Assembly (NCBI GenBank): GCA_034521595.1
Contig: JAXHMG010000003.1
Location: forward strand, 1,056,001 to 1,120,000
Length of the DNA: 64,000 nucleotides
DNA from: Gemmatimonadota bacterium
GTDB lineage: Bacteria > Gemmatimonadota > Gemmatimonadetes > Longimicrobiales > Gaopeijiaceae
Direction: 5' to 3'
Part shown: one piece after another, positions 31,127-39,871 of the stretch
Numbering within the stretch: the first letter of the stretch is position 1
Layout: each line of letters starts with the position of its first letter
The notes under the pieces: generated by a model
Seen by the model: only the letters and a program-made list of their open reading frames with translations
What the model was told of the DNA's origin: nothing
Database searches by the model: none
Made by a program: the position numbers and the translations under genes

Positions 31127-32235
31127 GCCGGAACGACCTCCACTTCGTCGTACCGGGATCGCTCGATCAGCGGACCGGCGGATATGTCTACGACGCGCGG
31201 ATGATCCGGGGCCTTCGGGATCGCGGGCGTTCGGTCAGGGTGCACGAGCTCGAAGGGGCGTTCCCGGAGGCGGACGGGACGGCACGCAGGAGCCTCGCGG
31301 ACACCCTCGAGAGCGTGCCTTCGGAAAGCGTCGTGATCGTGGATGGGCTGGCCGGAGGCGGGCTTCCGGAGGTGCTCGCCACGCACCGGGAGCGACTGAG
31401 AACCGTGGCGTTGGTCCACCACCCGCTGGCCGACGAAACGGGCTTGCCCGCTTCCGCGGCCGCGCGTCTGCAGGATTCCGAGCGCAGCGCCCTCGCGGCG
31501 TGCCGAGGGGTCGTGGTCACCAGCAGCTTCACCGCGCGACGACTCGAGGAGTACGAGGTGCCCCCGGACCGCATTCGGGTCGCGGTGCCCGGAACCGAGC
31601 CCGGAGCGACGGCGAGCGGTCCGGGAGCGGGCAAGCCCGCGCAGCTCGTGTGCGTGGCGTCGATCACCCCGCGCAAGGGACACCGGACGTTGGTGGACGC
31701 GCTCGCGAGGATTCGGGACTTGGAGTGGAGCTGTGTGTTGGCGGGAAGCGGGCGCCTGGCGCCGGATCATGCTCGAAGAGTCAGAGACCACGTCGAGGAC
31801 AACGGTCTCGCGGGCCGCGTCTCGTTCGTGGGCGAGTTGGGGCCCGAAGCCCTGGATGAGCTCTATCGGCGGAGCACGCTCTTCGTGCTCGCCTCCCACT
31901 ACGAGGGCTACGGCATGGCCCTGACCGAGGCCCTCGCGCGCGGGCTGCCCGTGGTCAGCACGACCGGAGGCGCCATCCCGTTCACCGTACCCGAAGACGC
32001 CGGAGTGCTCGTGCCCCCTGGCGACGCGAGCGCGCTCGGGCGTGCTCTGCGGTCGGTCCTGGCCGAGGATGGCGAGATGCTGCGGCGACTGAAGGCGGGC
32101 GCGATCCGGGCGGCGGGCACGCTCCCGGACTGGGCGCAAGCCGTGGTCGCGTTCGAAGGAGCGGTCGACACGCTCGCGAGGCTCGACCCGGGGTTCCGTC
32201 GTGTCTCCGCCAACTCGGGGTCCAGGACCACGTGA
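31123..32235 (+). CDS. Glycosyltransferase family 4
   Basis: TGGYVYD, VDGLA, LVHHPL, PRKGH, YEGYGMALTEALARGLPV; TTG start overlaps the PTPS stop. Confidence 0.9.
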   Translation: MSRNDLHFVVPGSLDQRTGGYVYDARMIRGLRDRGRSVRVHELEGAFPEADGTARRSLADTLESVPSESVVIVDGLAGGGLPEVLATHRERLRTVALVHHPLADETGLPASAAARLQDSERSALAACRGVVVTSSFTARRLEEYEVPPDRIRVAVPGTEPGATASGPGAGKPAQLVCVASITPRKGHRTLVDALARIRDLEWSCVLAGSGRLAPDHARRVRDHVEDNGLAGRVSFVGELGPEALDELYRRSTLFVLASHYEGYGMALTEALARGLPVVSTTGGAIPFTVPEDAGVLVPPGDASALGRALRSVLAEDGEMLRRLKAGAIRAAGTLPDWAQAVVAFEGAVDTLARLDPGFRRVSANSGSRTT

Positions 32236-33146
32236 GCAGCGAGGATTCGCGGGACGCGGACGACGGGTCGCTACCGGAGGGAAGCGCGTTCGAGGGAAGC
32301 TGGCTCGCGCTGCGAGAGGCAGTGGACCATCGCTCTCGCGCTCCTGAGCTGCTCCCGCCGCTCGTCCACACCTGGCGGCAGAGGGGGTGGTCCCGGATCG
32401 TGGACCTCGGATCCGGTGCGGGCTCCAACGTCCGTTATCTCGCGCCTCGGCTTCCTTCACCTCAGAGCTGGGTGCTCGTAGACCACGATCCGGACCTTCT
32501 CGAGGATGCGGCGCTGCCCCCTGAAGCGAGCGGTGCGGAGCGCGTGCGGGGAGATCTGGCGGACGAGGGCATCCGGGCGTTGCGCGATGTCGATTTCGTG
32601 ACCGGCGCGGCGTTGTTGGACCTCGTGTCCGAAGCGTGGCTTCGTCGGGTGGTGCAAGCTTGTGCGGAACGTGAGTGCGGCGCGCTGTTCACCACGATCT
32701 ACGACGGCACCATCGCATGGGCGCCCACGTCCGCGCAGGGTCGCGATGCGTCCACCCGTCCCGACGCGAATCGCGACCGCGCGGACGATGCGTTCATTCG
32801 CGGCCTGATCAACGCCCACCAGACCCGTGACAAAGGACTGGGGCCCGCTCTCGGGCCTCGCGCGGCCCTGGAGGCCCATGACCTCTTCGAAGCGGCCGGA
32901 TACCGTACGTGGCTCGTTCCGAGCCCGTGGCACCTCGGCGTGGAAGACCAGGAACTCGCCATGGCGTTGCTCGACGGATGGGCGGGGGCGGCCCTCGAGG
33001 AGCGTCCTGCGGCCGGCCACCGCACCCGACGCTGGGTGGAGCGAAGTCGCGCGCGCATCCGCGAAGGGCGTTGGGTACTCACCGTCGGGCACCTCGATGT
33101 CCTCGCTCTCCCGGGGTCGGCGTCTCCCACGACGAGCGGGATATGA
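32232..33146 (+). CDS. Class I SAM-dependent methyltransferase-like protein
   Basis: WLALREAVD, VDLGSGAGSN, LVDHD, ALLDLVS, NAHQ. Confidence 0.8.
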   Translation: MSSEDSRDADDGSLPEGSAFEGSWLALREAVDHRSRAPELLPPLVHTWRQRGWSRIVDLGSGAGSNVRYLAPRLPSPQSWVLVDHDPDLLEDAALPPEASGAERVRGDLADEGIRALRDVDFVTGAALLDLVSEAWLRRVVQACAERECGALFTTIYDGTIAWAPTSAQGRDASTRPDANRDRADDAFIRGLINAHQTRDKGLGPALGPRAALEAHDLFEAAGYRTWLVPSPWHLGVEDQELAMALLDGWAGAALEERPAAGHRTRRWVERSRARIREGRWVLTVGHLDVLALPGSASPTTSGI

Positions 33147-34108
33147 CCGGATGGTTGCGGATGCTGGCGGGCCCTGTCTTGCTGGCGGCCCTGGGCTACC
33201 TGGTCGACCTCGAGGCCATCGTCGCCCGCCTACGGACGCTGGAGCCCGGATGGGTCGTCGCAGCCGTCGCCCTGGGAGTCGTGCAGACGGTGGTGTCGGC
33301 CTGGCGCTGGCGATACACGGGAGCTCGTCTGGGAATCGACCTTCCGTTCCGCACGGCGCTCACGGAATACTACCTGGCGATATTCCTCAATCAGGTGCTC
33401 CCCGGCGGTGTGCTCGGTGACGCGAATCGGGCGTGGCGGCATGCGGGACGATCTCGAAGCGGGAACAGCTCGGCCGGCCCCGCCGTCCGGTCCGTGATCC
33501 TGGAGCGAGCCGCCGGCCAGCTCGTCATCTTCCTGCTGGCGTTCCTGTCAGCCGGCATCGTGGCCGCGCGGGTGAATCGACTGGGCCTTTGGGTCGGCAC
33601 GATAGCCGTGGGGCTCGTGGCCTTCGCCGTGGGAGCTCGGATGCTCGAGTGGAGCAGGCGAGCCACGTCCCCCCTGGGGCAGCTCGCCCGTGACGCTCGC
33701 ACGGCCGTGTTCTCTCGTGAAGCGTGGGGGGTTCAGCTCGGCACCTCGGCCCTCATCGTCATCTCCTACGTGTTGACCTACGTCTGCGCCGCGTGGGCGG
33801 TGGGCATCGACACTCCGTTCGCCGTGCTGGCACCGCTGGTCCCTCCCGTCCTGCTGGCGATGCTTCTCCCCCTGTCGGTCGCGGGGTGGGGCGTGCGCGA
33901 GGCGGCCGCCGCGAGTCTGTGGGGCGTCGTGGGGCTGAGCGTGGCGGACGGTGTGGCCATCTCGGTGGTGTATGGCCTCCTCGTCCTCGTCGGGACGGCC
34001 CCGGGAGCCGCGGTGCTCGCGCTGGGCGGGCGTTACGCCGCGCCGCGCGAGCCCGACACGCGCCGGAGATCCAGGTCGAAGAGCACGTCGTCGCCGAGCG
34101 TGAAGTGA
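33143..34108 (+). CDS. Lysylphosphatidylglycerol synthase TM-domain (flippase-like) protein
   Basis: SAWRW, FLNQVLPGGVLGDA, VILER, LPLSVAGWGVRE; about 8 TMs. Confidence 0.85.
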   Translation: MTGWLRMLAGPVLLAALGYLVDLEAIVARLRTLEPGWVVAAVALGVVQTVVSAWRWRYTGARLGIDLPFRTALTEYYLAIFLNQVLPGGVLGDANRAWRHAGRSRSGNSSAGPAVRSVILERAAGQLVIFLLAFLSAGIVAARVNRLGLWVGTIAVGLVAFAVGARMLEWSRRATSPLGQLARDARTAVFSREAWGVQLGTSALIVISYVLTYVCAAWAVGIDTPFAVLAPLVPPVLLAMLLPLSVAGWGVREAAAASLWGVVGLSVADGVAISVVYGLLVLVGTAPGAAVLALGGRYAAPREPDTRRRSRSKSTSSPSVK

Positions 34109-34908
34109 CGGCAGGCCGGACGGAGCGCGTCGGCCAGGGTGGCGACGGGCGCCAACGAGAGGCTCGGCCGACCCGACCCGATCACCATCGGGGCCACGGT
34201 CACGTGTAGCCGGTCGAGCGCTCGGGCGGCGAGGAAGTGGGAAACCGTGACGCCGCCCCCTTCCACTAGCACGCGCCGGCACCCGCGTGCCTCGAGCATC
34301 TCGAGGAGCCAGGAAGGAGCGATGACGCCCGGGTCCGGCTCTCGGGGAGCCATGATCTCGACGTGATCCGGCGTGGGACTTTCAGGCACGCCGTGTCGGA
34401 CCCACAGGGTCGGAGCCGCTCCGTCGCGGAACAGGTGTCCGCTCGGCTCGACGCGGCCGGCCGGGTCGAGCACGACGCGCAGTGGGTTCTCGCCGGGCGC
34501 CCGACGGGTCGTCAACCTCGGATCGTCGGACACGGCCGTGCCCGCGCCCACCACGACGGCATCCACGAGCGCTCGGAGGCGATGCAGCCTCTCGATATCC
34601 CCCGGCCCCGTGACATAGTGCGAATCCCCGGACTCGGTGGCGATCCGACCGTCGAGGCTCTGGCCGACCTGACCGACCACGATCCCCGGAGCCGCCGCGA
34701 TGGGGGCGAACAGGTCCAAGAGGTGGGTCGCCTCGGGGTCGGATGGCGCGGACGTCGTCCATGCTCCGGTGGGCTCCACCGTCAACGACGCGCCGTCGAC
34801 GGTCACTGTAGTGGCCTGACCGGAGCTTTCGGCGGAGACGGATGCGACCGCGTTCGCCGCGGCGCGCAAGAGGTCCCAAGCGCCCGTGGCGGTGATCCGC
34901 ACGCTCAT
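34033..34908 (-). CDS. RibD C-terminal (reductase-only) family protein
   Basis: QSLDGRIAT, DAVVVGAGT...DDPRLT, RVVLDP, LVEGGG, APMVIGSG; no deaminase Zn motif. Confidence 0.9.
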   Translation of the reverse strand: MSVRITATGAWDLLRAAANAVASVSAESSGQATTVTVDGASLTVEPTGAWTTSAPSDPEATHLLDLFAPIAAAPGIVVGQVGQSLDGRIATESGDSHYVTGPGDIERLHRLRALVDAVVVGAGTAVSDDPRLTTRRAPGENPLRVVLDPAGRVEPSGHLFRDGAAPTLWVRHGVPESPTPDHVEIMAPREPDPGVIAPSWLLEMLEARGCRRVLVEGGGVTVSHFLAARALDRLHVTVAPMVIGSGRPSLSLAPVATLADALRPACRHFTLGDDVLFDLDLRRVSGSRGAA

Positions 34909-35723
34909 GGAGCGTCCTCCAAGCGATCCACCGGGAACGCCCAGGTTTCCCGGACGATCGTCGCGAGGACCGCGGCATAGTGCTCGACCAGCTCGGCACC
35001 GATCGCCTCCGTCGCCAGGCGGGCGTCACCCGTCACCCCGTGCGGGTTCAGGTCTCCCGCCAGCCACGAGAAGGGAGCCACGCCCTCCGGGCTCACCCAC
35101 CGCAAGGTGCTCGCCAACTCCTCTCCGAGCGTGGAGAACCGGGCGATGTGCTCGGCCCGGACGAGGTCGGGACGGAGGTGCAGGAGCATGGAGGTCTCGA
35201 CGGCCCCGCCGTGTAGCCCGTGCACCCATTCCTCGTCGGGAAGCTCCGTCGAGGTCGGACGGGGGAAGCGGAACGAATGGGCCTTCACCACCAGGAGGCC
35301 GTGCTCCGTCCGAAGGCGCAGACCCACGTCGTCGACGACGTGGGCGTTCCCGCCGTGCGTGTTGAAGAGAACCAGCCTGCGGAATCCCTGGCGGGCCAGT
35401 GCCGCTCCTTGCTGTAGGAGGATCTCCGCGAGCGTGTCCGCGGCGAGGGACAGGGTGCCGGCGAACCGGTCGTGCTCGAGGCTGGCGCCGCTCGAGAGCT
35501 CGGGCAGCAGCACGACCGGTACGTCGTCGGGAACGGCTTCGAGCGCTCGGCTGGCGAGTCCACGGGCGATGACGAGGTCGGTGGAGACCGGTAGGTGCGG
35601 CCCGTGCTGCTCGATCGCTCCAAGCGGGAGCACCGCGACCGGGTCCCGTGCCGCCAGAGCGGACAGCTCCGGGGCGCTCTGCTCTTCCCACCGCCACGTG
35701 GAGGGGGTCGGCTCGTCGGGCAT
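34905..35723 (-). CDS. Creatininase family amidohydrolase
   Basis: LPLGAIEQHGPHLP..TD, SLEH..FAGT, NTHGGN, HGGAVETS. Confidence 0.92.
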   Translation of the reverse strand: MPDEPTPSTWRWEEQSAPELSALAARDPVAVLPLGAIEQHGPHLPVSTDLVIARGLASRALEAVPDDVPVVLLPELSSGASLEHDRFAGTLSLAADTLAEILLQQGAALARQGFRRLVLFNTHGGNAHVVDDVGLRLRTEHGLLVVKAHSFRFPRPTSTELPDEEWVHGLHGGAVETSMLLHLRPDLVRAEHIARFSTLGEELASTLRWVSPEGVAPFSWLAGDLNPHGVTGDARLATEAIGAELVEHYAAVLATIVRETWAFPVDRLEDAP

Positions 35724-36496
35724 CAGCGCTCCTCTGAAGGGAAGGGGGCTTCGTGCGTCCCTGTATCGATTTTTGCGTAGACGTCTCCGAAGGCTAGGCC
35801 GTCCGCTCCGGCGTCGAGCCAGGCGCGCAGCTCCACCGCTCCCAGCCAGGGTCGAAAGCGGAACCGTCGCTCCTCACGGGCGACCGCGTTGAACCGGTAC
35901 GGTCCCAGCGCGTCCAGGTGATCCACACAGGCACGGGCGATGTCCAGCCCCCCCTGAACGAACTCGAAGGAAATCCCGGCGATCGGGTGGGTGAGTCCGG
36001 CCAACGCCTCCGCTTCGTGCCCTTCGATGTCCAGCTTGCAAAAGGTCGGAAGGCCGAAGCGGGCCACTAGGGCGTCGAGAGTGGTCAGGGGGACCGCCAC
36101 TTCGTCCTCCCACCGCACGCCGTCGAAACCCAGGTTGCGCTCCATCATCCTCCTCCGCCAGCCGGATGAGAGCGTGGAGACCGTCGGCGTGCGTCGGCTC
36201 ACGGCCAGCGAAGCGGTCCCCACCTCCGCACCTACCGCTTCTTCGAGCACGACGACTCCCTTCTTTCGGCCGGCGATGCGGCGGAGCCACCGTGCGACAC
36301 CGGGTTGCGGCTCGAGAGCGACCACCCGCGCGCCGAGGGAGGCGAAGGCCACCGTCCGATCCCCCAAGTGCGCGCCGACGTCGAAAACCAGGCTTCCGGG
36401 CTCCACGAACGGCGCGTAGAGGGAGCGCAGGCCCCGTTGGCGTCCGGGCCGCCAGTAGACCGCGAACGAGCGCAGCAGCCCGAGGAGCTCATCCAC
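35723..36496 (-). CDS. FkbM family methyltransferase
   Basis: FDVGAHLG, ALEPQP, TLDAL, KLDIEGHE; GTG 36496 overlaps the upstream stop. Confidence 0.88.
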   Translation of the reverse strand: MDELLGLLRSFAVYWRPGRQRGLRSLYAPFVEPGSLVFDVGAHLGDRTVAFASLGARVVALEPQPGVARWLRRIAGRKKGVVVLEEAVGAEVGTASLAVSRRTPTVSTLSSGWRRRMMERNLGFDGVRWEDEVAVPLTTLDALVARFGLPTFCKLDIEGHEAEALAGLTHPIAGISFEFVQGGLDIARACVDHLDALGPYRFNAVAREERRFRFRPWLGAVELRAWLDAGADGLAFGDVYAKIDTGTHEAPFPSEER

Positions 36497-38195
36497 CGGT
36501 GCCCGCCGCACGGCTCGACCGCTCCTCGCTGAATGCCCGGATGAACCAGGTGCGGAACCGGTCCATCCCTTTCGGCTCTCCGTCCACATCCGGGAACGGT
36601 CCGGTCTCGAAGCCCCACTGCAGGAAAGGATCGAGAAGCTCTCGCGCACCGGTGATCACGTGGACGGGAACGGTTCTCGGCGCGTCCTCTCCGGTGATGA
36701 GCGGGGCGGGTTGATGGTCTCCGAGAAGGATCAGCAGCGCGTCCGAGCCGATGAAGCGCTCCGCGTAGCTGGCCGCCGTATGGACGGCATAGTCGATGGA
36801 CAACGCATAGTGCTCACGAACCCGTTCGGTGTCGCGCCAGAGCTCTTCAGGACGCTCTCCGGCCTCCCGCCACTCCTCGAACACGGACCCGTCACCGATC
36901 TCGTTCCAGGCCTCGAGAACCGGTAGGATGGGAGTCCACGGCGCGTGGCTGCTGATCAGACCGATCTCCGCGAAGAGCGGCCGTTCTTCAGGGGTCGCGC
37001 GGCGGACGGAGCGCTCGACGAAGGACCAAGTGTACTGATCCGGCATCGTCACCCAGTTCAGTGGCGGGCCTCGGTAGCCCATATCCTCGAAGGTGTAGAT
37101 GGCGTCGTATCCGAACTGGAACCCTTCGGGCCAGGCGAGGGTGATCGCGGGCATGACCGCGGCCGTCCTGTATCCGGCGGCTTCGAAGTCATCGATGAGG
37201 GTCGGGCGTGTGCTGGCCAGGAGGAGATCGTACCGCATCTGATTGTGGAGCCAGAGGCCGCTGAGCATCGAACCATGCCCCAACCAGGACTGTCCGCCCT
37301 GGCTCGGTGCGACCAGTCGTCCGGTCGCGAGGTGGAGGCCCGCGGCCTCGAGGCGCGATCCCATCTCCTTCAAACGGGGGCGGATCGTCGGAGCGTAGCG
37401 CGGATCTTCCAGCGCGGTCATGCCGTACGACTCGACGAACGCGAGAAGCACGTCCCGTCCCCCCAGCCGTCCGAGGAGTCCGGGCGTGCCGGAGAGATCG
37501 GCGGGACGTGCCGCGAGCTCGGCCGCGAACGCGTCGCGCTCTTCCAGGAGGCCTGCGGCGAAGCGTGCCTGCTCGGCGGCGAGACGGGCCCCCGGGAAGC
37601 CGAGAGCCCGGCTCCACCCCTCGTCCGCCCGCATGCCGACGAGGATGCCGGACGCCACGAGGACCGTGAGGCCCATGCTCCGGTAGGACCTCAGGACGGG
37701 ACGCACCCGGCGCGGGGGCGCCAGAAGGTGTCCGAGGAGGGCCACGACCGCCAATGGCAGGAGGATCGCGGCCGTGCGAACGACCGTGGCCATCGCCGGG
37801 CCCATGGTGCCCGTCAGTAGGTCGGACACGGCGCTGAGCAGGCGGATATCCAAGTAGATGTTGAGCGGGCGCGAAAGGCTCATGCGGGCGGACGCATCTC
37901 CGAGTCCGACCAATCCCATGGCCACGACGATCAAAGCCGCGAGGAGCGCCAGGGCCACGGACCACGGCCGCCGCGGCAGGGCCGCGAAGACGAGCGTGAG
38001 AACGACGGCTTCCCCGGCCACCCAGTGGAAGGGGACCATCCCCGGAGCGGCCCATTGGGGCGCCAGGAGGATCCCATTGACAAGGACGAAGGCCAGGATG
38101 AGGCTCAACCACCTTCCGGGGGCCGTTGAGGGCCACGACGCGAGCGCCTTTGCGACCGAGCGCATCCCGGTGTCGGTTGCCGGATCGGATGTCAT
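36489..38195 (-). CDS. Membrane-anchored sulfatase-like / LTA-synthase-like (alkaline phosphatase superfamily) transferase
   Basis: About 5 N-terminal TMs then VESYG, GQSWLGH, SSHAPW, GDHQP metal-site motifs. Confidence 0.8.
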   Translation of the reverse strand: MTSDPATDTGMRSVAKALASWPSTAPGRWLSLILAFVLVNGILLAPQWAAPGMVPFHWVAGEAVVLTLVFAALPRRPWSVALALLAALIVVAMGLVGLGDASARMSLSRPLNIYLDIRLLSAVSDLLTGTMGPAMATVVRTAAILLPLAVVALLGHLLAPPRRVRPVLRSYRSMGLTVLVASGILVGMRADEGWSRALGFPGARLAAEQARFAAGLLEERDAFAAELAARPADLSGTPGLLGRLGGRDVLLAFVESYGMTALEDPRYAPTIRPRLKEMGSRLEAAGLHLATGRLVAPSQGGQSWLGHGSMLSGLWLHNQMRYDLLLASTRPTLIDDFEAAGYRTAAVMPAITLAWPEGFQFGYDAIYTFEDMGYRGPPLNWVTMPDQYTWSFVERSVRRATPEERPLFAEIGLISSHAPWTPILPVLEAWNEIGDGSVFEEWREAGERPEELWRDTERVREHYALSIDYAVHTAASYAERFIGSDALLILLGDHQPAPLITGEDAPRTVPVHVITGARELLDPFLQWGFETGPFPDVDGEPKGMDRFRTWFIRAFSEERSSRAAGTGG

Positions 38196-38231
38196 GTTCG
38201 GATGTGCCGGTCCACGGAGCTGAAGGGAATC

Positions 38232-39869
38232 ATGTCATTTCGCCTGCTTGCCGCTTTCCTCGCGCTCGTGCTGCTCGTCTGGTGGTTCACGACCGGTCCC
38301 ACTCTACCGTCACTGGTACCCGGAACCAACCCGGGCGAGCACACGCCCCCACCGGACACCGCGAGCCCGGCCGAGACGGTCTGGCAACCGCGCCCCGAAA
38401 CGTTGACCGAGGATCTGGCGCGCCACGCCCGTGCCCTCTCCGAAAGGGCGTACGTGGCACCGTCCTGGAACGTTCCGGACAGGCTCGCGGAGTTGGACTT
38501 CGACGGGTACCGCTCCATCCGCTTCCGGCCCGCCGCTTCCGTCTGGCGTGACGAAGGCATGTTCGAAGTTCAACTCTTCCACCTCGGCGGTGCCTACGAC
38601 ACACCCGTGTCCATCCACTTCGTCGAAGGTGACTCCATACGGGAGCAACGCTACGATCCCGCGCTCTTCTCGTTCGAGGGAGCCGCGTCGGAGGTCGGTG
38701 ACCTGCCGAGCGGCTCGGTCCCGGCGTTCGCCGGGTTCCGCGTTCACTACCCGCTCAACGCGCCCGAACGGAGCGACGAGGTCGCGGCGTTCCTCGGCGC
38801 CTCGTACTTCCGGATCCTCGGCGCGGGACACCAATACGGGCTCTCCGCGCGCGGCCTGGCCATCGATCCCGCCACGGACGGGCCCGAGGAGTTCCCGGAT
38901 TTCAAGGCGTTCTGGATCACGCGGCCCGAGGACGGATCCCGAACCTTGACGGTCCACGCTCTCCTCGACGGGCCGTCGGTCGTGGGGGCCTATCGGTTCG
39001 AGCTTCGGCCCGGTGCCTCGACGGAGCTCATGGTCGACGCTCACCTGTTCGGGAGGCGCGACGTCTCCAAGCTCGGCGTGGCTCCCTTGAGTAGCATGTT
39101 CCTGCACGCGCCCGGGCACGGTCCCCGGCACGACGACTTCCGCCCCCGTGTGCACGATTCCGACGGCCTGCAGATGCTCACGGGCCGCGGGGAGTGGATC
39201 TGGAGGCCACTTTCGAACGGGCCCGGTTTCCACGTGACGTCCCTCCGGGACGAAGATCCGTCGGGGTTCGGCCTGTTCCAGCGCGCGCGGGACTTCGAGG
39301 ACTACTTGGATCTGGAAGCCCGGTACGACCGCCGTCCGAGCTACTGGGTGGAAGTGATCGATGGGGACTGGGGCACCGGAGGGGTGGAGCTCATGGAGAT
39401 CCCCACGCCCTCCGAGTTCAACGACAACATCGCTGCCTACTGGGTGCCGGACCGACCGCTCGCCGCGGGCGAGGAGCGTAGGTACGCGTATCGGTTGAGC
39501 ACCCATGACGCTCGTCCGCCGGAGCTCGATCTCGCGCACGTGGAGCGCACGGCGGTGGGACGGGACGCCCTGCCGGGGGAAGGCGAGCCTTCCCCTCCGG
39601 GCCACCGGCGTTTCGTGGTGGATTTCGTGGGCGGTGTCCTCACGGACCTCGGGGAGGAGGACGATGTACGACCGGATCTCTCGCTGCTCAGGGGGAGCGC
39701 GGAGGGGGTCACGGTACAGCCCTTGCCGGGTAACACGGGGCGGCGGGTGACCTTCACCTTGATCCCCGACGGCGACGAGCCGGCGGACATGCGTCTGCGT
39801 CTGCTCCTCGATGACCGCTCGGTGAGCGAGACTTGGAGCTATGTTTGGTATCCTCGAGACATGAACTGA
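38232..39869 (+). CDS. mdoG: Periplasmic glucan biosynthesis protein OpgG/OpgD family
   Basis: YRSIRFRP, FAGFRVH, FLGASYFR, YGLSARGLAID, EEFPDF, DFRPRVHDSDGL, DNIAAYW, SETWSY. Confidence 0.92.
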   Translation: MSFRLLAAFLALVLLVWWFTTGPTLPSLVPGTNPGEHTPPPDTASPAETVWQPRPETLTEDLARHARALSERAYVAPSWNVPDRLAELDFDGYRSIRFRPAASVWRDEGMFEVQLFHLGGAYDTPVSIHFVEGDSIREQRYDPALFSFEGAASEVGDLPSGSVPAFAGFRVHYPLNAPERSDEVAAFLGASYFRILGAGHQYGLSARGLAIDPATDGPEEFPDFKAFWITRPEDGSRTLTVHALLDGPSVVGAYRFELRPGASTELMVDAHLFGRRDVSKLGVAPLSSMFLHAPGHGPRHDDFRPRVHDSDGLQMLTGRGEWIWRPLSNGPGFHVTSLRDEDPSGFGLFQRARDFEDYLDLEARYDRRPSYWVEVIDGDWGTGGVELMEIPTPSEFNDNIAAYWVPDRPLAAGEERRYAYRLSTHDARPPELDLAHVERTAVGRDALPGEGEPSPPGHRRFVVDFVGGVLTDLGEEDDVRPDLSLLRGSAEGVTVQPLPGNTGRRVTFTLIPDGDEPADMRLRLLLDDRSVSETWSYVWYPRDMN

Positions 39870-39871
39870 GC

